DNA from: Candidatus Latescibacterota bacterium
Lineage (GTDB): Bacteria; Latescibacterota; UBA2968; GCA-2709665
DNA: 64,000 nt
Direction: 5' to 3'
Assembly (NCBI GenBank): GCA_965222075.1
Contig: OZ244937.1
Span: forward strand, 2,880,001 to 2,944,000
Shown here: in pieces, positions 37,816 through 48,226 of the stretch
Layout: each line of letters opens with the position of its first letter
Numbering within the stretch: position 1 is the stretch's first letter
Notes under the pieces: model-generated
The model's database searches: none
What the model was told of the DNA's origin: nothing
The model's input: the letters and a program-made list of their open reading frames with translations, nothing else
Made by a program: the position numbers and the translations under genes

Positions 37816-39045
37816 ATGAAATCCCCATCACCCCCCATCTCCCCGATTCAACAGGGAGAAAAATTCACCCCCTGGCACCCTATCCCCTACCTCCGAAAAA
37901 TGGGGGCTCTCGCTCTACTGGCCGCTTTGGCGCTGTTGGCCTCACCGGCGGCCGGCCAGAACGTATCGGTAACCGACTACAGCATCCCGGTCAGCCGGGC
38001 GGACAACCTCCGGGTCGACGTCCTCAGCCTCAACTACGTCACCCAGGGAGATGAGGCGGTTGTACAGTCGGGCAACCTCGGCGTCATCTACAAAAAATTC
38101 TACGATTCCCTCCCCTTCGCCTACTCCCTCGACCTGGTCGGAGCCACCTCATTCAACAAGGACCCTATTCAGAACGAACTGGTCGGCAACCTGGCGATCA
38201 ATCTGGTCACCCGCGTCAAAAAGTATACCCAGGCCGAGGGCAACCTGTTTATCTTCGGGGATACGGATTTCGACTACGACGATAGCTTCGGCACGGCCGT
38301 GGGCATGACCTTGGGCATTGGTCTGGGCCGCTTCATCAACGCCACGGCGCTGCGCAAGGCGGTGCGGATCGAGGAGTTCTTCATGAGGGAGGGCATCATC
38401 TCCGATCACCTGCCCAAAGAGACGATGATCAAACTGGGACACATCATCGAAAGGGAACAGGAGTTTAAAGACCTCTACGGCGACCGCTACCGGAACTACT
38501 GGTTTGAGGACATGACCAACGAGATTAAAAAATCCGGCCTGGTCCTCGGTGAAATAGGCTTCGGCGTCCTCCGAATGCAGGAGGTCCTCTTTCAGGAGCG
38601 GATCAACAACCGGTTCTACGGCTGGGAGGGCACCGCCGGGATCCAGTTCGAGATGCTGACCCCGCAGGAAGGCCAGAAACGCCGCGGCCCCTCCATGTCG
38701 GTCGGATTCCGCTACTCCCGACCCCTCAACTGGAGCACGCAGGTCAACGCGCGCTTCAACGTCAGCACCCCCTTCTCCGGGAATTTTGGCCGAATCTACA
38801 ATCTGAGCCAGACCACCGACTTCATCTACGAGTTGACAAACAAGATCAGCTTCACCGCCGTCCAGCGGTTTCGGGTGATCAAACAACAGGACACAGACTC
38901 CAAACTCAGCACCATCATCTCCGTCTCCCTCACCTACTATATCGAAAACAAGGTCAACCTGAACGTTTCTGAGCAACTCACCACCGTCGAAGGAGAACCC
39001 TTCCGGCAGAGCCTCAACATCGGACTGGCGTTCAAGTTCTTCTAA
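37816..39045 (+). CDS. Putative outer-membrane beta-barrel protein
   Basis: Signal ALALLASPAAG, amphipathic strands, C-terminal Phe (LAFKFF). Start uncertain (37792, 37816 or 37900). Confidence 0.7.
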   Translation: MKSPSPPISPIQQGEKFTPWHPIPYLRKMGALALLAALALLASPAAGQNVSVTDYSIPVSRADNLRVDVLSLNYVTQGDEAVVQSGNLGVIYKKFYDSLPFAYSLDLVGATSFNKDPIQNELVGNLAINLVTRVKKYTQAEGNLFIFGDTDFDYDDSFGTAVGMTLGIGLGRFINATALRKAVRIEEFFMREGIISDHLPKETMIKLGHIIEREQEFKDLYGDRYRNYWFEDMTNEIKKSGLVLGEIGFGVLRMQEVLFQERINNRFYGWEGTAGIQFEMLTPQEGQKRRGPSMSVGFRYSRPLNWSTQVNARFNVSTPFSGNFGRIYNLSQTTDFIYELTNKISFTAVQRFRVIKQQDTDSKLSTIISVSLTYYIENKVNLNVSEQLTTVEGEPFRQSLNIGLAFKFF

Positions 39046-39096
39046 CGAATGCCACCGCTTTTGCGCGACCCACGACTCGCGATCCGTGACGATCTC

Positions 39097-40935
39097 TTAT
39101 CCCACCACCTCCCGCACCGCCGAGGCGATGTGGTCCGCATCAATGCCAAACCGGGCCATAAGCTCCTCGGGCTTCCCTGACCTTGGAAGTTCATAAACCG
39201 CAAGCTTCCGCACCTCGGCGCCCGTCCCTGCAAGCGCACTCTGCACCGCCTCTCCGATCCCCCCTTCCGGATAGTGGTCCTCCACCGTAATCACCTTCCC
39301 ACCCGTCTCTGCCGCAGCCTGCTGAAGCCCCTCCGAATCGGCCGGCTTGACCGAAAAGAGGTCCACCACGCGGATGGAAATGCCCTCTTTGGCCAGAAGG
39401 TCGTGCGCCTTTAAAACCTCAACCAGCGTCACCCCGGCGCCCACAACCGTCACCCGATCCTCCCGGCGCGAGCGAACAACCTTTGCCTTTCCCACTTCAA
39501 AGGCCTCGTCGTTGGGATAGATCACCGGCGTATCGGGCCGCGTGGTCCGGATGAAAAACATCCCGTAGGTCTCCGCCGCCAGCTTCACGCAGGCCTCGGC
39601 CGACACCGCATCCGAAGGGTAGAGCACCCTGCACCCCGGAACCGCCCGCATCATCGCCAAGTCTTCCAATCCCATCTGTGAGGGCCCGTCCGCTCCAATC
39701 GAAACCCCTGCGTGGGACCCCGACATCTTCAAATTGGCCCGGGAGATCGCCGCCATCCGGATCTGGTCGTAGGCCCGGGCGAAAAATGCTGCAAAGGTCG
39801 AAACAAACGGAATCTTCCCCCGCGTTCCCAGTCCCACGCCTGCGCCCACAATGTTCTGCTCGGCAATAAACCCTTCAAAGAACCGGTCCGGATGCGCTTC
39901 CATAAACGTCTCCGAAAACGTCGAATTCTTCGTATCTCCGTCTAAGGCCACAACCCTCGGGTCCACGTCGCCCAGCCGGGCCAGCGCATTCCCATACGCC
40001 CTCCGCGTGGCCACCTCCTGGCCGATCTCGTAGCCCGGCGGCCCCAGTGTGCCCACCTCCGGGGCCGGGACCGTCCGGGCCGCAACCGCCCTTACCGGAA
40101 GGGTAACGCTGGAATCGATATCCAGTTCCGCAAGCGCCTTCTCAACCTCTTCGGCGCTGCCCAGCGCCTTCCCGTGCTGCCCATCCTGGTCCTCCAAAAA
40201 AGAGACCCCCTTGCCCTTAAACGTCCGGGCCACAATCGCCGTGGGCCTCTCCTTTGTCGATGCGGCCTCGTCATAAGCCTTTAAAATCTCGGAAAAATTG
40301 TGTCCATCAATCCCAATCGCGTGCCAGCCAAAAGCCTCAAACCGCCTGATCAACACGTCGATATCGTGCCCGTACATCGTGGCCTGGCTCTGTCCCAGCC
40401 GGTTCACATCCACAATCGCGCAAAGGTTGTCTAACTTGTAGTAGCTCGCAAACTGCGCCGCCTCCCACACCGCCCCCTCGGCGCTTTCTCCATCGCCCAA
40501 GAGCACATACACCCTGTAATCCAGCTTGTCCAGATACTTTCCGCCAATCGCCATCCCCGCGCCCGCCGACAGCCCCTGGCCCAGCGACCCGGTCGCCACA
40601 TCCACAAACGAGAGCCGCGGCGTGGGATGCCCCTCCAAGTCGCTCGAAATCTCTCGAAGGCTCAACAGGTCTTCCACCGGAAACGCCCCGGCTTCTGCCC
40701 ATGCCGCGTACAAAAGCGGCGCAGCATGCCCCTTCGACAGAACAAACCGGTCGCTCAGCGGATGGCGCGGCGCGTTGGGATCGAAGCGCATCACCCCAAA
40801 AAAAAGCCCCGCCACCAGATCGGCCGCCGACATACACGACGTTGGATGTCCGGATTTGGTTGGAAATGTGGATCGGATGCTGTGGGCGCGAAGGCGGTTC
40901 GCCACCGCTTGCAGCTTCTCAAGATCGACAGTCAC
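39097..40935 (-). CDS. tkt: Transketolase (short ~610-aa type)
   Basis: SGHPTSCMS, LSKGHAAP, GDGESAEG, IAEQN, SHAGVSIGADGPSQM. GTG start with GGAGG RBS. Confidence 0.95.
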   Translation of the reverse strand: MTVDLEKLQAVANRLRAHSIRSTFPTKSGHPTSCMSAADLVAGLFFGVMRFDPNAPRHPLSDRFVLSKGHAAPLLYAAWAEAGAFPVEDLLSLREISSDLEGHPTPRLSFVDVATGSLGQGLSAGAGMAIGGKYLDKLDYRVYVLLGDGESAEGAVWEAAQFASYYKLDNLCAIVDVNRLGQSQATMYGHDIDVLIRRFEAFGWHAIGIDGHNFSEILKAYDEAASTKERPTAIVARTFKGKGVSFLEDQDGQHGKALGSAEEVEKALAELDIDSSVTLPVRAVAARTVPAPEVGTLGPPGYEIGQEVATRRAYGNALARLGDVDPRVVALDGDTKNSTFSETFMEAHPDRFFEGFIAEQNIVGAGVGLGTRGKIPFVSTFAAFFARAYDQIRMAAISRANLKMSGSHAGVSIGADGPSQMGLEDLAMMRAVPGCRVLYPSDAVSAEACVKLAAETYGMFFIRTTRPDTPVIYPNDEAFEVGKAKVVRSRREDRVTVVGAGVTLVEVLKAHDLLAKEGISIRVVDLFSVKPADSEGLQQAAAETGGKVITVEDHYPEGGIGEAVQSALAGTGAEVRKLAVYELPRSGKPEELMARFGIDADHIASAVREVVG

Positions 40936-40999
40936 AGGCCGTCCCTCCCAGGTCTGAATTTTGAAAAATCTGCGGTCTCGGTCTTCCACGTTCGTTGTT

Positions 41000-43351
41000 T
41001 TACCATCTCCCTTCCCCCCCTGCCCGGGGAGCGTCGGGAAACAGCTTCGCATAGCGTCTTGCACACCGCGCGGCCTTTGCCATGCGCCCCATTTCCACAT
41101 AAAGGGCACAGAGATTGTAAAGCGCCATCCGGTGTTCCGGATCGATCTCCAACACCCGCTTGCATGCCCCCAGACTCTCCTCTAAGTTCCCCGTCTCATA
41201 GGCCACCGACGCTAAGTTGAGCAGCGTCTGTACATCGTTCGGATCTGCCTCCAACGCCTCCCGGAACAGGCGCAGGGCCGCCTCTGCCTCTCCCCGTCTT
41301 TGATAAAAGACACCCAGCCCGCTCTTGGCCGTCGGGTTGTCCGGCTGCAACACCAGCGCCCGCCGAAACGCCCCTTCGCTCTCCTTCAAACGTCCGGTCT
41401 TATAGTAAGCAACCCCCAGATTCGTCCACGCACCGGCAAACTCCGGATCCAGACGCAGCGCCCGCCGAAACGCGACAACCCCCTCCTCCACCCGTCCGAT
41501 CTTCCCGTAAACAACGCCGAGCATATCGTGCGCCCGGGCATCTTTCCGATCCAGCGCCACGGCCCGTTCCAATGCCGCTGCCGCCTCCAGGTCCCGCCCC
41601 TGGCCGTGGAGGATCGTGCCCATCTCTGCGTGAGCCGCCCCCGACTTCGGATCCAGCGCCAGCGCCTTCCCGCAGGCCGCGATAGCCCCCTCTAAGCGGC
41701 CCTTCCCCCGGTAGAACCGCGCCAGCATCAGATGCGCCCGGGCAAAATCGGGAGTCGCCTCCACAACCCCCATCAGCACCGCCTCGACCCTATCGGACCG
41801 CCCGGTCTCTCGAAGCAGACGTACCACGTTGCCCAGGTAACGAGCGTGCCTCGGACTGGCATCGAAGGCCTCCTGCGCCGCCCCCAGCGCCCGGACCGGA
41901 TCTCCCTGACGTTCGTAATAGCTCCGCAGTTCATCGTAAGAAGACCCGAGGGCATGCACCGACAGCCGCTCCTCCGCCTCCAGAATCCCTCTAAACCGGT
42001 CCAGCGCCCGGTCCCTGTCGGCATTCACCCCCACCCAGGGAATCAGATGGAACAGGGCCACAACCACAACCGTCCACGCAGCCACGCGCTGTGCCTCCGG
42101 TCCCACGCCCCGCGTCAACAGATATGCCCCCAGCAGCGCAAACGGCACGCTCGAAACGCTGAACAGGTCCCAATCCCGAAACGCCCCGATCTCCGGGTTA
42201 AACACGAGCGTAAAGGCCAGACAACCGATCGCGGCCAGGCCCAGGAAGCCCAGGCGGGCGTCCCCCCAGGCGATCCCCTGCCGGGCCGCAGTAGCCACAC
42301 AGAGGCACAGCAGCAGTCCCATAGGGGCAGACAGGAGGTGGAGATTGACCACATCCCCGATATGAACCGCGGAAAACAGGGCATGGGGCCGCAGAAAAGG
42401 CTCTCCCCCCCACAGCGGAACCGTATGGGATTCCCTACCCAGGCGCGCCACTCCTGGAAAATCAAAGCCGATAGCCAGAAGCAGCCACACAGAGACCAGA
42501 GGGAAAACCGCCGCCTGAAGGACCGTTCCCACGCGCCGCCCGCCCCCGCGCCAGGACCGCAGCACAAGAAGGCCGAACGAGGGCGCCAGCACGAAGCCCA
42601 CAAAATGGAACGCGCAGGTTATCCCCAGGGCCCCTGCCGCCACAGCCAGTGGAAGCCGCCCTTCTAAGCAGCGCAGCCCCAGAAAGAGGTAGACCAGCCC
42701 CCCCACCGTAACCGGCGCATAGTGCTCTGCGTACCCGAAAAAGAGCTGCAGTGTCCCCAGCGAGAGCAAAAACAGGGCAGCAATCACCCGCTCACGCCGA
42801 CACCGGCCCACGGCCTCGGCGGCCAGTAGCGCCGCAAACACAAACAGCGCCCCGCACACCCAGCTCAGAACTTGATAGGCCCTCTCCGCCTCCCCGCTCC
42901 CCCCTATGACGCCGTATAAAAAACGGACCAGAACAATGCTCAGCGGCTCATTCTCCAGCCGCCCCAGAGGGCCGGTCAACTCTCGGATCCAGAGCGCGCT
43001 GTCGCCCAGCAGGTGCACCCGCACCCGGAACGCCCAGAAGGGCACCAGCGCCGCGCCCGCGCCCAGGCCGTAGAGAGCATACCTGAAAACAGAACCGATA
43101 TGGGGGAGTGGAAAGCGGGAAAACAGCCGGGATGCCGCCCCGGCAATGGGGGGGAGAACCAGAATCAGGCCCAGCACGGGCAGGCCGATGCGCATCCAGA
43201 GGGGAAAAAAGGCCAGATGGTGCACGCCCCACCCCCAGGCCAGCCATCGGTAGGCAAAGACCAGGTGCAGAACCAGCACAGAGCCTCCGGCGCCCGCCAC
43301 AACCCGGATAAACAGCCTCTCGCGTTTCATACGATCCAGACAAAGGTCCAT
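41000..43351 (-). CDS. Multi-pass membrane protein with C-terminal TPR array
   Basis: About 11 hydrophobic segments, then about 8 TPRs (ALRLDPEFAGAWTNLG). Confidence 0.85.
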   Translation of the reverse strand: MDLCLDRMKRERLFIRVVAGAGGSVLVLHLVFAYRWLAWGWGVHHLAFFPLWMRIGLPVLGLILVLPPIAGAASRLFSRFPLPHIGSVFRYALYGLGAGAALVPFWAFRVRVHLLGDSALWIRELTGPLGRLENEPLSIVLVRFLYGVIGGSGEAERAYQVLSWVCGALFVFAALLAAEAVGRCRRERVIAALFLLSLGTLQLFFGYAEHYAPVTVGGLVYLFLGLRCLEGRLPLAVAAGALGITCAFHFVGFVLAPSFGLLVLRSWRGGGRRVGTVLQAAVFPLVSVWLLLAIGFDFPGVARLGRESHTVPLWGGEPFLRPHALFSAVHIGDVVNLHLLSAPMGLLLCLCVATAARQGIAWGDARLGFLGLAAIGCLAFTLVFNPEIGAFRDWDLFSVSSVPFALLGAYLLTRGVGPEAQRVAAWTVVVVALFHLIPWVGVNADRDRALDRFRGILEAEERLSVHALGSSYDELRSYYERQGDPVRALGAAQEAFDASPRHARYLGNVVRLLRETGRSDRVEAVLMGVVEATPDFARAHLMLARFYRGKGRLEGAIAACGKALALDPKSGAAHAEMGTILHGQGRDLEAAAALERAVALDRKDARAHDMLGVVYGKIGRVEEGVVAFRRALRLDPEFAGAWTNLGVAYYKTGRLKESEGAFRRALVLQPDNPTAKSGLGVFYQRRGEAEAALRLFREALEADPNDVQTLLNLASVAYETGNLEESLGACKRVLEIDPEHRMALYNLCALYVEMGRMAKAARCARRYAKLFPDAPRAGGEGRW

Positions 43352-43537
43352 TGCCCAACTCCAGAACGCTTACATGAACTCATTAAAATAACCTGCTTCG
43401 ACCAAAAAGGCCAGTCCAAAAATATCCAGGTCGACCAGCTCCCGCAACCGGATGCCGGTTTCCGGGAGCTCCTTGCACAGCCGTCGCTTCTGGGCCCCGG
43501 TAATGGCATGGTGGGGCACAGCGTGTTGCGCCCTTGT

Positions 43538-43620
43538 AAACTGGTGATCCAGGACAGCTGCCTGGTCATCTCCGACCGCCCCGGCCTGGGGATCGAATTC
43601 AACGAGGAGGCGAGGATTAA
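43538..43620 (+). pseudogene. Mandelate racemase / enolase-superfamily C-terminal fragment
   Basis: LVIQDSCLVISDRPGLGIEFNEEA resembles the family's terminal PGLGIE.NEE motif. Confidence 0.45.
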
Positions 43621-43704
43621 AGCCCCACCTGGTAGAATAACTATGCAGCCATCCGGCGAGCGCTTCACGGGCGAATCGATCGATAAACAAGGCCCTGCAA
43701 GTCA

Positions 43705-43746
43705 CAAAAAAAAGGTCGTGAGCAAATTCCCCCACGGCCTTTTTTG
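43705..43746. terminator. Intrinsic terminator (bidirectional)
   Basis: A-run + GGTCGTG...CACGGCC + T-run. Confidence 0.6.
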
Positions 43747-43850
43747 TTTCGGATTTTGGTCAGCTGGATTTCAGGATCGGCAGAACGTCGAAAGCAGTCC
43801 TTCTGGCTGGCCGGAACCATTGTATTTCCACCCCCCCGGCACGAGATACT

Positions 43851-44801
43851 TTACATCTCCGTCAGCGCCGCTTTCACCACCTCCGCGATCTCCGGGTACT
43901 GCTTCGGCGTCTCTAAGTTGCACAGCACCACGTGCCCATCTCCGTAGTGCGCAGCGATCTCCAACTCCTTCACTACCCGCTCCGGCGGCCGCACCAGGTA
44001 CGGGTCCCCATACAGCCCGATAAACGGCACGAACATATTCGCGCGCCCATCCTCCAGCCGCTTGTGCTCTGCCGCCTCGAACGCGACCTGTTCCAGGCTC
44101 CAGTTCGGCTTATAAAACCACGAAATCGTCTGCGTACAGTAATCCAGCCGCAGCCGGCGCCCGTAGTACCAGTTCGGCCGAAACGGCGGCCAGACGTGGT
44201 TCGTCACAAGCGCGTCCGGCTTCACATCCTTTGCATGCGCGTAGAGAATCCGGGAAAGCGCCACCAGGCTCTCCTCGGACATCCGTCCCAACACCTCCGC
44301 CTCGTGCGCCCCATTCGACGCCTGCTCCTCCCGCATCTTCTGGCACCGATCGCAGAAACAGGCGTAGTGGTTCAGAAACCCGAACCCGTCAAAAGACACC
44401 CCGTCCGCCATCTCCAGCGCCCGGCTCACCCGCCCTTTGAGTTCCTCCCTCGATTCCGGATGCTCAAAGCAGAGCAGGTCCCCGTCCTGCACCATCTGAA
44501 ACCACCGGTGGGAAAGGTGCTGGTAGCCCTCCGGCGCTCGACTCAGCGCAGCCGCGATCTCCTCCTCCACCGGCAGCATGCGCTGCAGGCACCCCGGATG
44601 GTCTTTAGCGAACCCCTCCGTCGGATGCGCATAAACAATCGCAACCACCTGTATGCCCAGCGCTTCCCCACGCCGCGCCATCGCCTCGGTCGGATCGCGG
44701 ACAATCAGCGTATCGAACCCCAACTCGTGCGCGAACTCGACCACTGCCCGCTGTTCCGCCTCCGTCTCCATCGGCAGATGCCAGTCCCATGCCGCTTTCA
44801 T
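43851..44801 (-). CDS. Hypothetical glycoside-hydrolase-like TIM-barrel protein
   Basis: ELGFDTL, LCFEHP, DGVSFD, CFCDRC Zn-like motif; RBS AAGGAGG. Confidence 0.7.
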   Translation of the reverse strand: MKAAWDWHLPMETEAEQRAVVEFAHELGFDTLIVRDPTEAMARRGEALGIQVVAIVYAHPTEGFAKDHPGCLQRMLPVEEEIAAALSRAPEGYQHLSHRWFQMVQDGDLLCFEHPESREELKGRVSRALEMADGVSFDGFGFLNHYACFCDRCQKMREEQASNGAHEAEVLGRMSEESLVALSRILYAHAKDVKPDALVTNHVWPPFRPNWYYGRRLRLDYCTQTISWFYKPNWSLEQVAFEAAEHKRLEDGRANMFVPFIGLYGDPYLVRPPERVVKELEIAAHYGDGHVVLCNLETPKQYPEIAEVVKAALTEM

Positions 44802-44835
44802 CCAAACCTCCTTCTTTAGACCCCATGGCAGGACC

Positions 44836-45483
44836 TCACCACTTCGCCCCCTTCTTCCCCGCCCCCCCGGCCGCAGCCTCTTTCTCCTGAATCCATTCCG
44901 CCGTTTGCACCAGAACCTCTTTAGAAACGCCCGCTGCAGGTGTCCCCTGGCGTTCCCACACCCATTTTTTGGTCGCCTCAAGCAGTTTGGCCGCGTGCTC
45001 CGGATTCAGTTTCACAAGCCGGTTGTAAGCCGCTTTAGCCTCTTCAATCCGGTCCAGCCCCAGATAGGCCTCCCCGCGGTACTCGATCGCCTCAGTATAG
45101 TCTGGCTTCAACGCCAGCGCCCGGTCGTATGCCTCAAGCGCCGCCTGATAATCCCCCGTTTTCCGGTAAGCATACCCCAGGCTCCCGAAGGCCTCGTGGA
45201 ACCTGGGGTTCACCTCTGTTGCCCTGGTGAACGCTTTGATCGCCTTCCTGTACTCTTTCTGCGCGGCCTGCTCATGTTTTTTCCGATTCTCCGAATGCTT
45301 CGCTTCCGCCGCCGCCTTCTCGTAATCCCAGGCCTTATCCCGATGGTTTAATCCTTTGTTATAGTGCTTCACCGCCTCGGCCTGAACCTGTTCCTCCGGT
45401 GGCGGCTCCGATGTGCTGCCTGCAGCATAAAGATCGGCCTGCCAGAATCCAACCAGCCCCAGCACCGCCAAAATCCTGACCAT
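44836..45483 (-). CDS. Secreted TPR protein
   Basis: Signal peptide; EAFGSLGYAYRKTG, ALALKPDYTEAIEYRGEAY. Confidence 0.88.
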   Translation of the reverse strand: MVRILAVLGLVGFWQADLYAAGSTSEPPPEEQVQAEAVKHYNKGLNHRDKAWDYEKAAAEAKHSENRKKHEQAAQKEYRKAIKAFTRATEVNPRFHEAFGSLGYAYRKTGDYQAALEAYDRALALKPDYTEAIEYRGEAYLGLDRIEEAKAAYNRLVKLNPEHAAKLLEATKKWVWERQGTPAAGVSKEVLVQTAEWIQEKEAAAGGAGKKGAKW

Positions 45484-45509
45484 CGCTATCCTCCTTTCTC
45501 TTGCCCCTC

Positions 45510-47306
45510 TCAGTCGGAAAGCAGAGCGCTTATCGATCTCAATCCACCAGTTCCAGCCTCACCCATCCACCCCGCACATCCCCGCACCGAATTGATCGTA
45601 AAAAGCGCCTCTGCCCGCTGCAGATCCTTCACCCGCAGCACCCCCTCGCAAATCTCCCCGGCCGCTAACAGCTCTGCCCGGAACGTCCCGGGCAAGAGTC
45701 CGCATCCCACCGGCGGCGTCACCTTTTCGCCGTCCAGAACCGCCACCAGATTCCCGATACAGCACTCCGTCACCTCGCCCCGTTCGTTCACCAGAATGAC
45801 CTCATCGCAGTCCGGCCGTCGGCAGCGCCGCGCTTCATAAATCTGCCGGCAGGTCGTTTTGTGGAACAGCATCGGATCCCGTTCATCCACCGGCAGATCG
45901 CAAATCCCCACCCGCATCGCGGCCTCATCCTCACCTGGGGACAGCGCCTGGGGGCAGATGTGAACGCCCCCATCCCGGGCCAGTATCAGCCGTACCCTGT
46001 GCGCCCCGTCCTGCAAACCGGCGGCTGTCTCCAGCAGCGCCTTCTTCACCGCATCCACATCGCATGGGAATCCAAAATACCGCGCCGAATCCCGAAGGCG
46101 GCCCAGGTGCCGGTCCAGCAGCCAGAACCCCTCTCCAGCCTCGAACCTCAGCGTCTCTAAAAGCTCGAACTCGGGCCTCCGAACCGTCAGAACCTGCGCC
46201 TTTACCAGGCACTCCTCGTACTCTCCCTCAGGGGAAGAATCGTGCGTCACCCCCCCGCCCACCCCGAACTCTCCCCGTCCCGTCTCCAGATCGATCCAGA
46301 CCGTCCGGATGGCCACGTTGAAACGGGCTTCGGGCCCCGGGGAAAAGAACCCGATGCTCCCCGTGTAGACCCCGCGCGGGGAATCCTCCACCTCCGAAAT
46401 AATCTCCATCGTCCGCACCTTGGGCGCCCCCGTCACCGACCCGCACGGGAACAGCGCGGTCAAAAGGTCCACCAGCGCGGTACCGGGACGCAGCCGGGAC
46501 GTCACCGTCGAAGTCATCTGCAGCACCGTCTCGTACCGCTCCACCTCCCAAAGGCGCGGCACCGTCACATTTCCCAACTCCGCAACCCGTCCCAGGTCGT
46601 TTCGCAGCAGGTCTACAATCATCACATTCTCTGCCCGGTCTTTGGACGACCCCTGCAGCGCAGACGCAAGCGCATCGTCCTCCTCCACCCACCGGCCCCG
46701 CCGCCCGGTCCCCTTCATCGGGCGAGCGGTCAGGCGTCCGTTCTCCAGGGCAAAAAACAGCTCCGGCGAAGCCGACAAAATCCGGAACCTGCCGGTGTTT
46801 AAGTACGCGGTATAAGACGCCCGCTGAGACCGGCACAGATCCCGGTAAAGCGCCCGGTCATCCCCTTCAAAATCGGCCTGCATCCGGAACGTAAAATTCA
46901 CCTGATACGTATCGCCCGCTTCAATATAGGCCCCAATACGCCCAATCGCCGCATCGTACGCCGCCTGGGAAACCGACGGCTGCCATGCCGACAGCGAATA
47001 CCCTCCGCAACTGTCCAGCCCCCCCGGCGCCACCCCGGTCCGCTCCTTGAAAAGCCCGAACCAGACCAGGGGCAACGGCCCCCCCTGTCGGGTCTTCAGA
47101 ACCGAATCCAGCCCGGGTGCGGCCTCATAGGAAAGAAACCCGGCCGCATGCCGCCCTCCGGCAACCGCCCGTTCAATCTCCTCCAGCGCCGGCCGCACCT
47201 CCTCCGGAACGCAGGCCGCCACCTCTCCGCAAAAGCCTGAAAACGCGAACGATGCCCGGTCCCGTTCGGTCGAATAGGACTCCAGCAAAACCACCGGTTC
47301 ACGCAT
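45510..47306 (-). CDS. pabB: Aminodeoxychorismate synthase component I fused to a class IV aminotransferase/lyase domain
   Basis: GDTYQVN, SPELFF, KDRAENVMIVDLLRND, PCGSVTGAPK; C-terminal LLET, HKTT, GLLPGTFR. Confidence 0.93.
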   Translation of the reverse strand: MREPVVLLESYSTERDRASFAFSGFCGEVAACVPEEVRPALEEIERAVAGGRHAAGFLSYEAAPGLDSVLKTRQGGPLPLVWFGLFKERTGVAPGGLDSCGGYSLSAWQPSVSQAAYDAAIGRIGAYIEAGDTYQVNFTFRMQADFEGDDRALYRDLCRSQRASYTAYLNTGRFRILSASPELFFALENGRLTARPMKGTGRRGRWVEEDDALASALQGSSKDRAENVMIVDLLRNDLGRVAELGNVTVPRLWEVERYETVLQMTSTVTSRLRPGTALVDLLTALFPCGSVTGAPKVRTMEIISEVEDSPRGVYTGSIGFFSPGPEARFNVAIRTVWIDLETGRGEFGVGGGVTHDSSPEGEYEECLVKAQVLTVRRPEFELLETLRFEAGEGFWLLDRHLGRLRDSARYFGFPCDVDAVKKALLETAAGLQDGAHRVRLILARDGGVHICPQALSPGEDEAAMRVGICDLPVDERDPMLFHKTTCRQIYEARRCRRPDCDEVILVNERGEVTECCIGNLVAVLDGEKVTPPVGCGLLPGTFRAELLAAGEICEGVLRVKDLQRAEALFTINSVRGCAGWMGEAGTGGLRSISALLSD

Positions 47307-47382
47307 CTTCCCTTACCCCCCTCTTCCCGGCGCCACTCGCTATGGTGAGCGACGAGGTACGGGTGCCCCGGTCCCACACACC

Positions 47383-48198
47383 TCACACCTTCGCAGCCGC
47401 CGGCCTCCAGTTCCCGTACACGTCTACCTCTGTGTCCTCCACCTTCGGCCGCACCCCCTTCACGATCAACCCCGGCCGTCCCATCGCCTGCCCGCCCTCC
47501 TGCCGGTTTTGCGGATCCCGGAACCCCAGGCGCACCAGCCGCCGCCACCGGCCGCTCAGGTTCATCGCCGAGCCGTGCACCGTCCAGAGGTAGAACACCA
47601 CCACATCTCCCGCCTTTGCCGGGACAAAAACAGCATCCTCTAAGCGGTATGCATCGGTCGGCAGGTGAGGCGCGGTATCCGGTCCCATAATATGCTGCAG
47701 CTTACCCAGTTTGTGGCTTCCCGACAGAAACTTGATACACCCGCTCGACTCGTCCGCGTCGTCTAAGTGGACCAGCGCATCAACGTAGCGGCCATCCTGG
47801 TGAGGATAAAACGGGAGGTCCTGATGCATCGGGAACGGCGTTCCCTTATCGGGCGGCTTGGCGTGCAGCGTCACGTGGTGCAACTCCACCGTCTCGGAAT
47901 CCAGCAGCGCCCCCACCGCCCTGCCCAGCGCCGGACTCGTCACCGCGCGTGTCCAGGCAGCGGAATAGTGCTGCAGCTCGTGGATGGCCACCAGCGTAGC
48001 CACCTCATTCTGATCCTCGTCCATATACTCCTTCCGCCACGGCCCGCGCCACGCCGCGTTCCAGTTGGCGAAAGTTTCCATCACATAATCCAGCTCCTCG
48101 CTCATCTCCCGGACCTCCTCGCCCGGGTAGACCTGCTCCAGGCGAAGGTAGCCGTTCTCACGAAAAAACGCGATCTGCTCCCGGGTCAGCTCTTTCAT
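47383..48198 (-). CDS. Phytanoyl-CoA dioxygenase (PhyH) family Fe/2OG enzyme
   Basis: FFRENGY, MHQD, GSHK, VHGS..N...RR. Confidence 0.92.
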   Translation of the reverse strand: MKELTREQIAFFRENGYLRLEQVYPGEEVREMSEELDYVMETFANWNAAWRGPWRKEYMDEDQNEVATLVAIHELQHYSAAWTRAVTSPALGRAVGALLDSETVELHHVTLHAKPPDKGTPFPMHQDLPFYPHQDGRYVDALVHLDDADESSGCIKFLSGSHKLGKLQHIMGPDTAPHLPTDAYRLEDAVFVPAKAGDVVVFYLWTVHGSAMNLSGRWRRLVRLGFRDPQNRQEGGQAMGRPGLIVKGVRPKVEDTEVDVYGNWRPAAAKV

Positions 48199-48226
48199 AA
48201 TAAATAATCCTCCCTCTGGTAAGCAC

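Noticed and set aside
43327-43735. Short minus-strand ORFs (113 and 121 aa)
   Set aside because: No recognisable family; they overlap a terminator and a + strand remnant.
45510-47306. pabB-pabC fusion as a novelty
   Set aside because: This fusion is common in bacteria.
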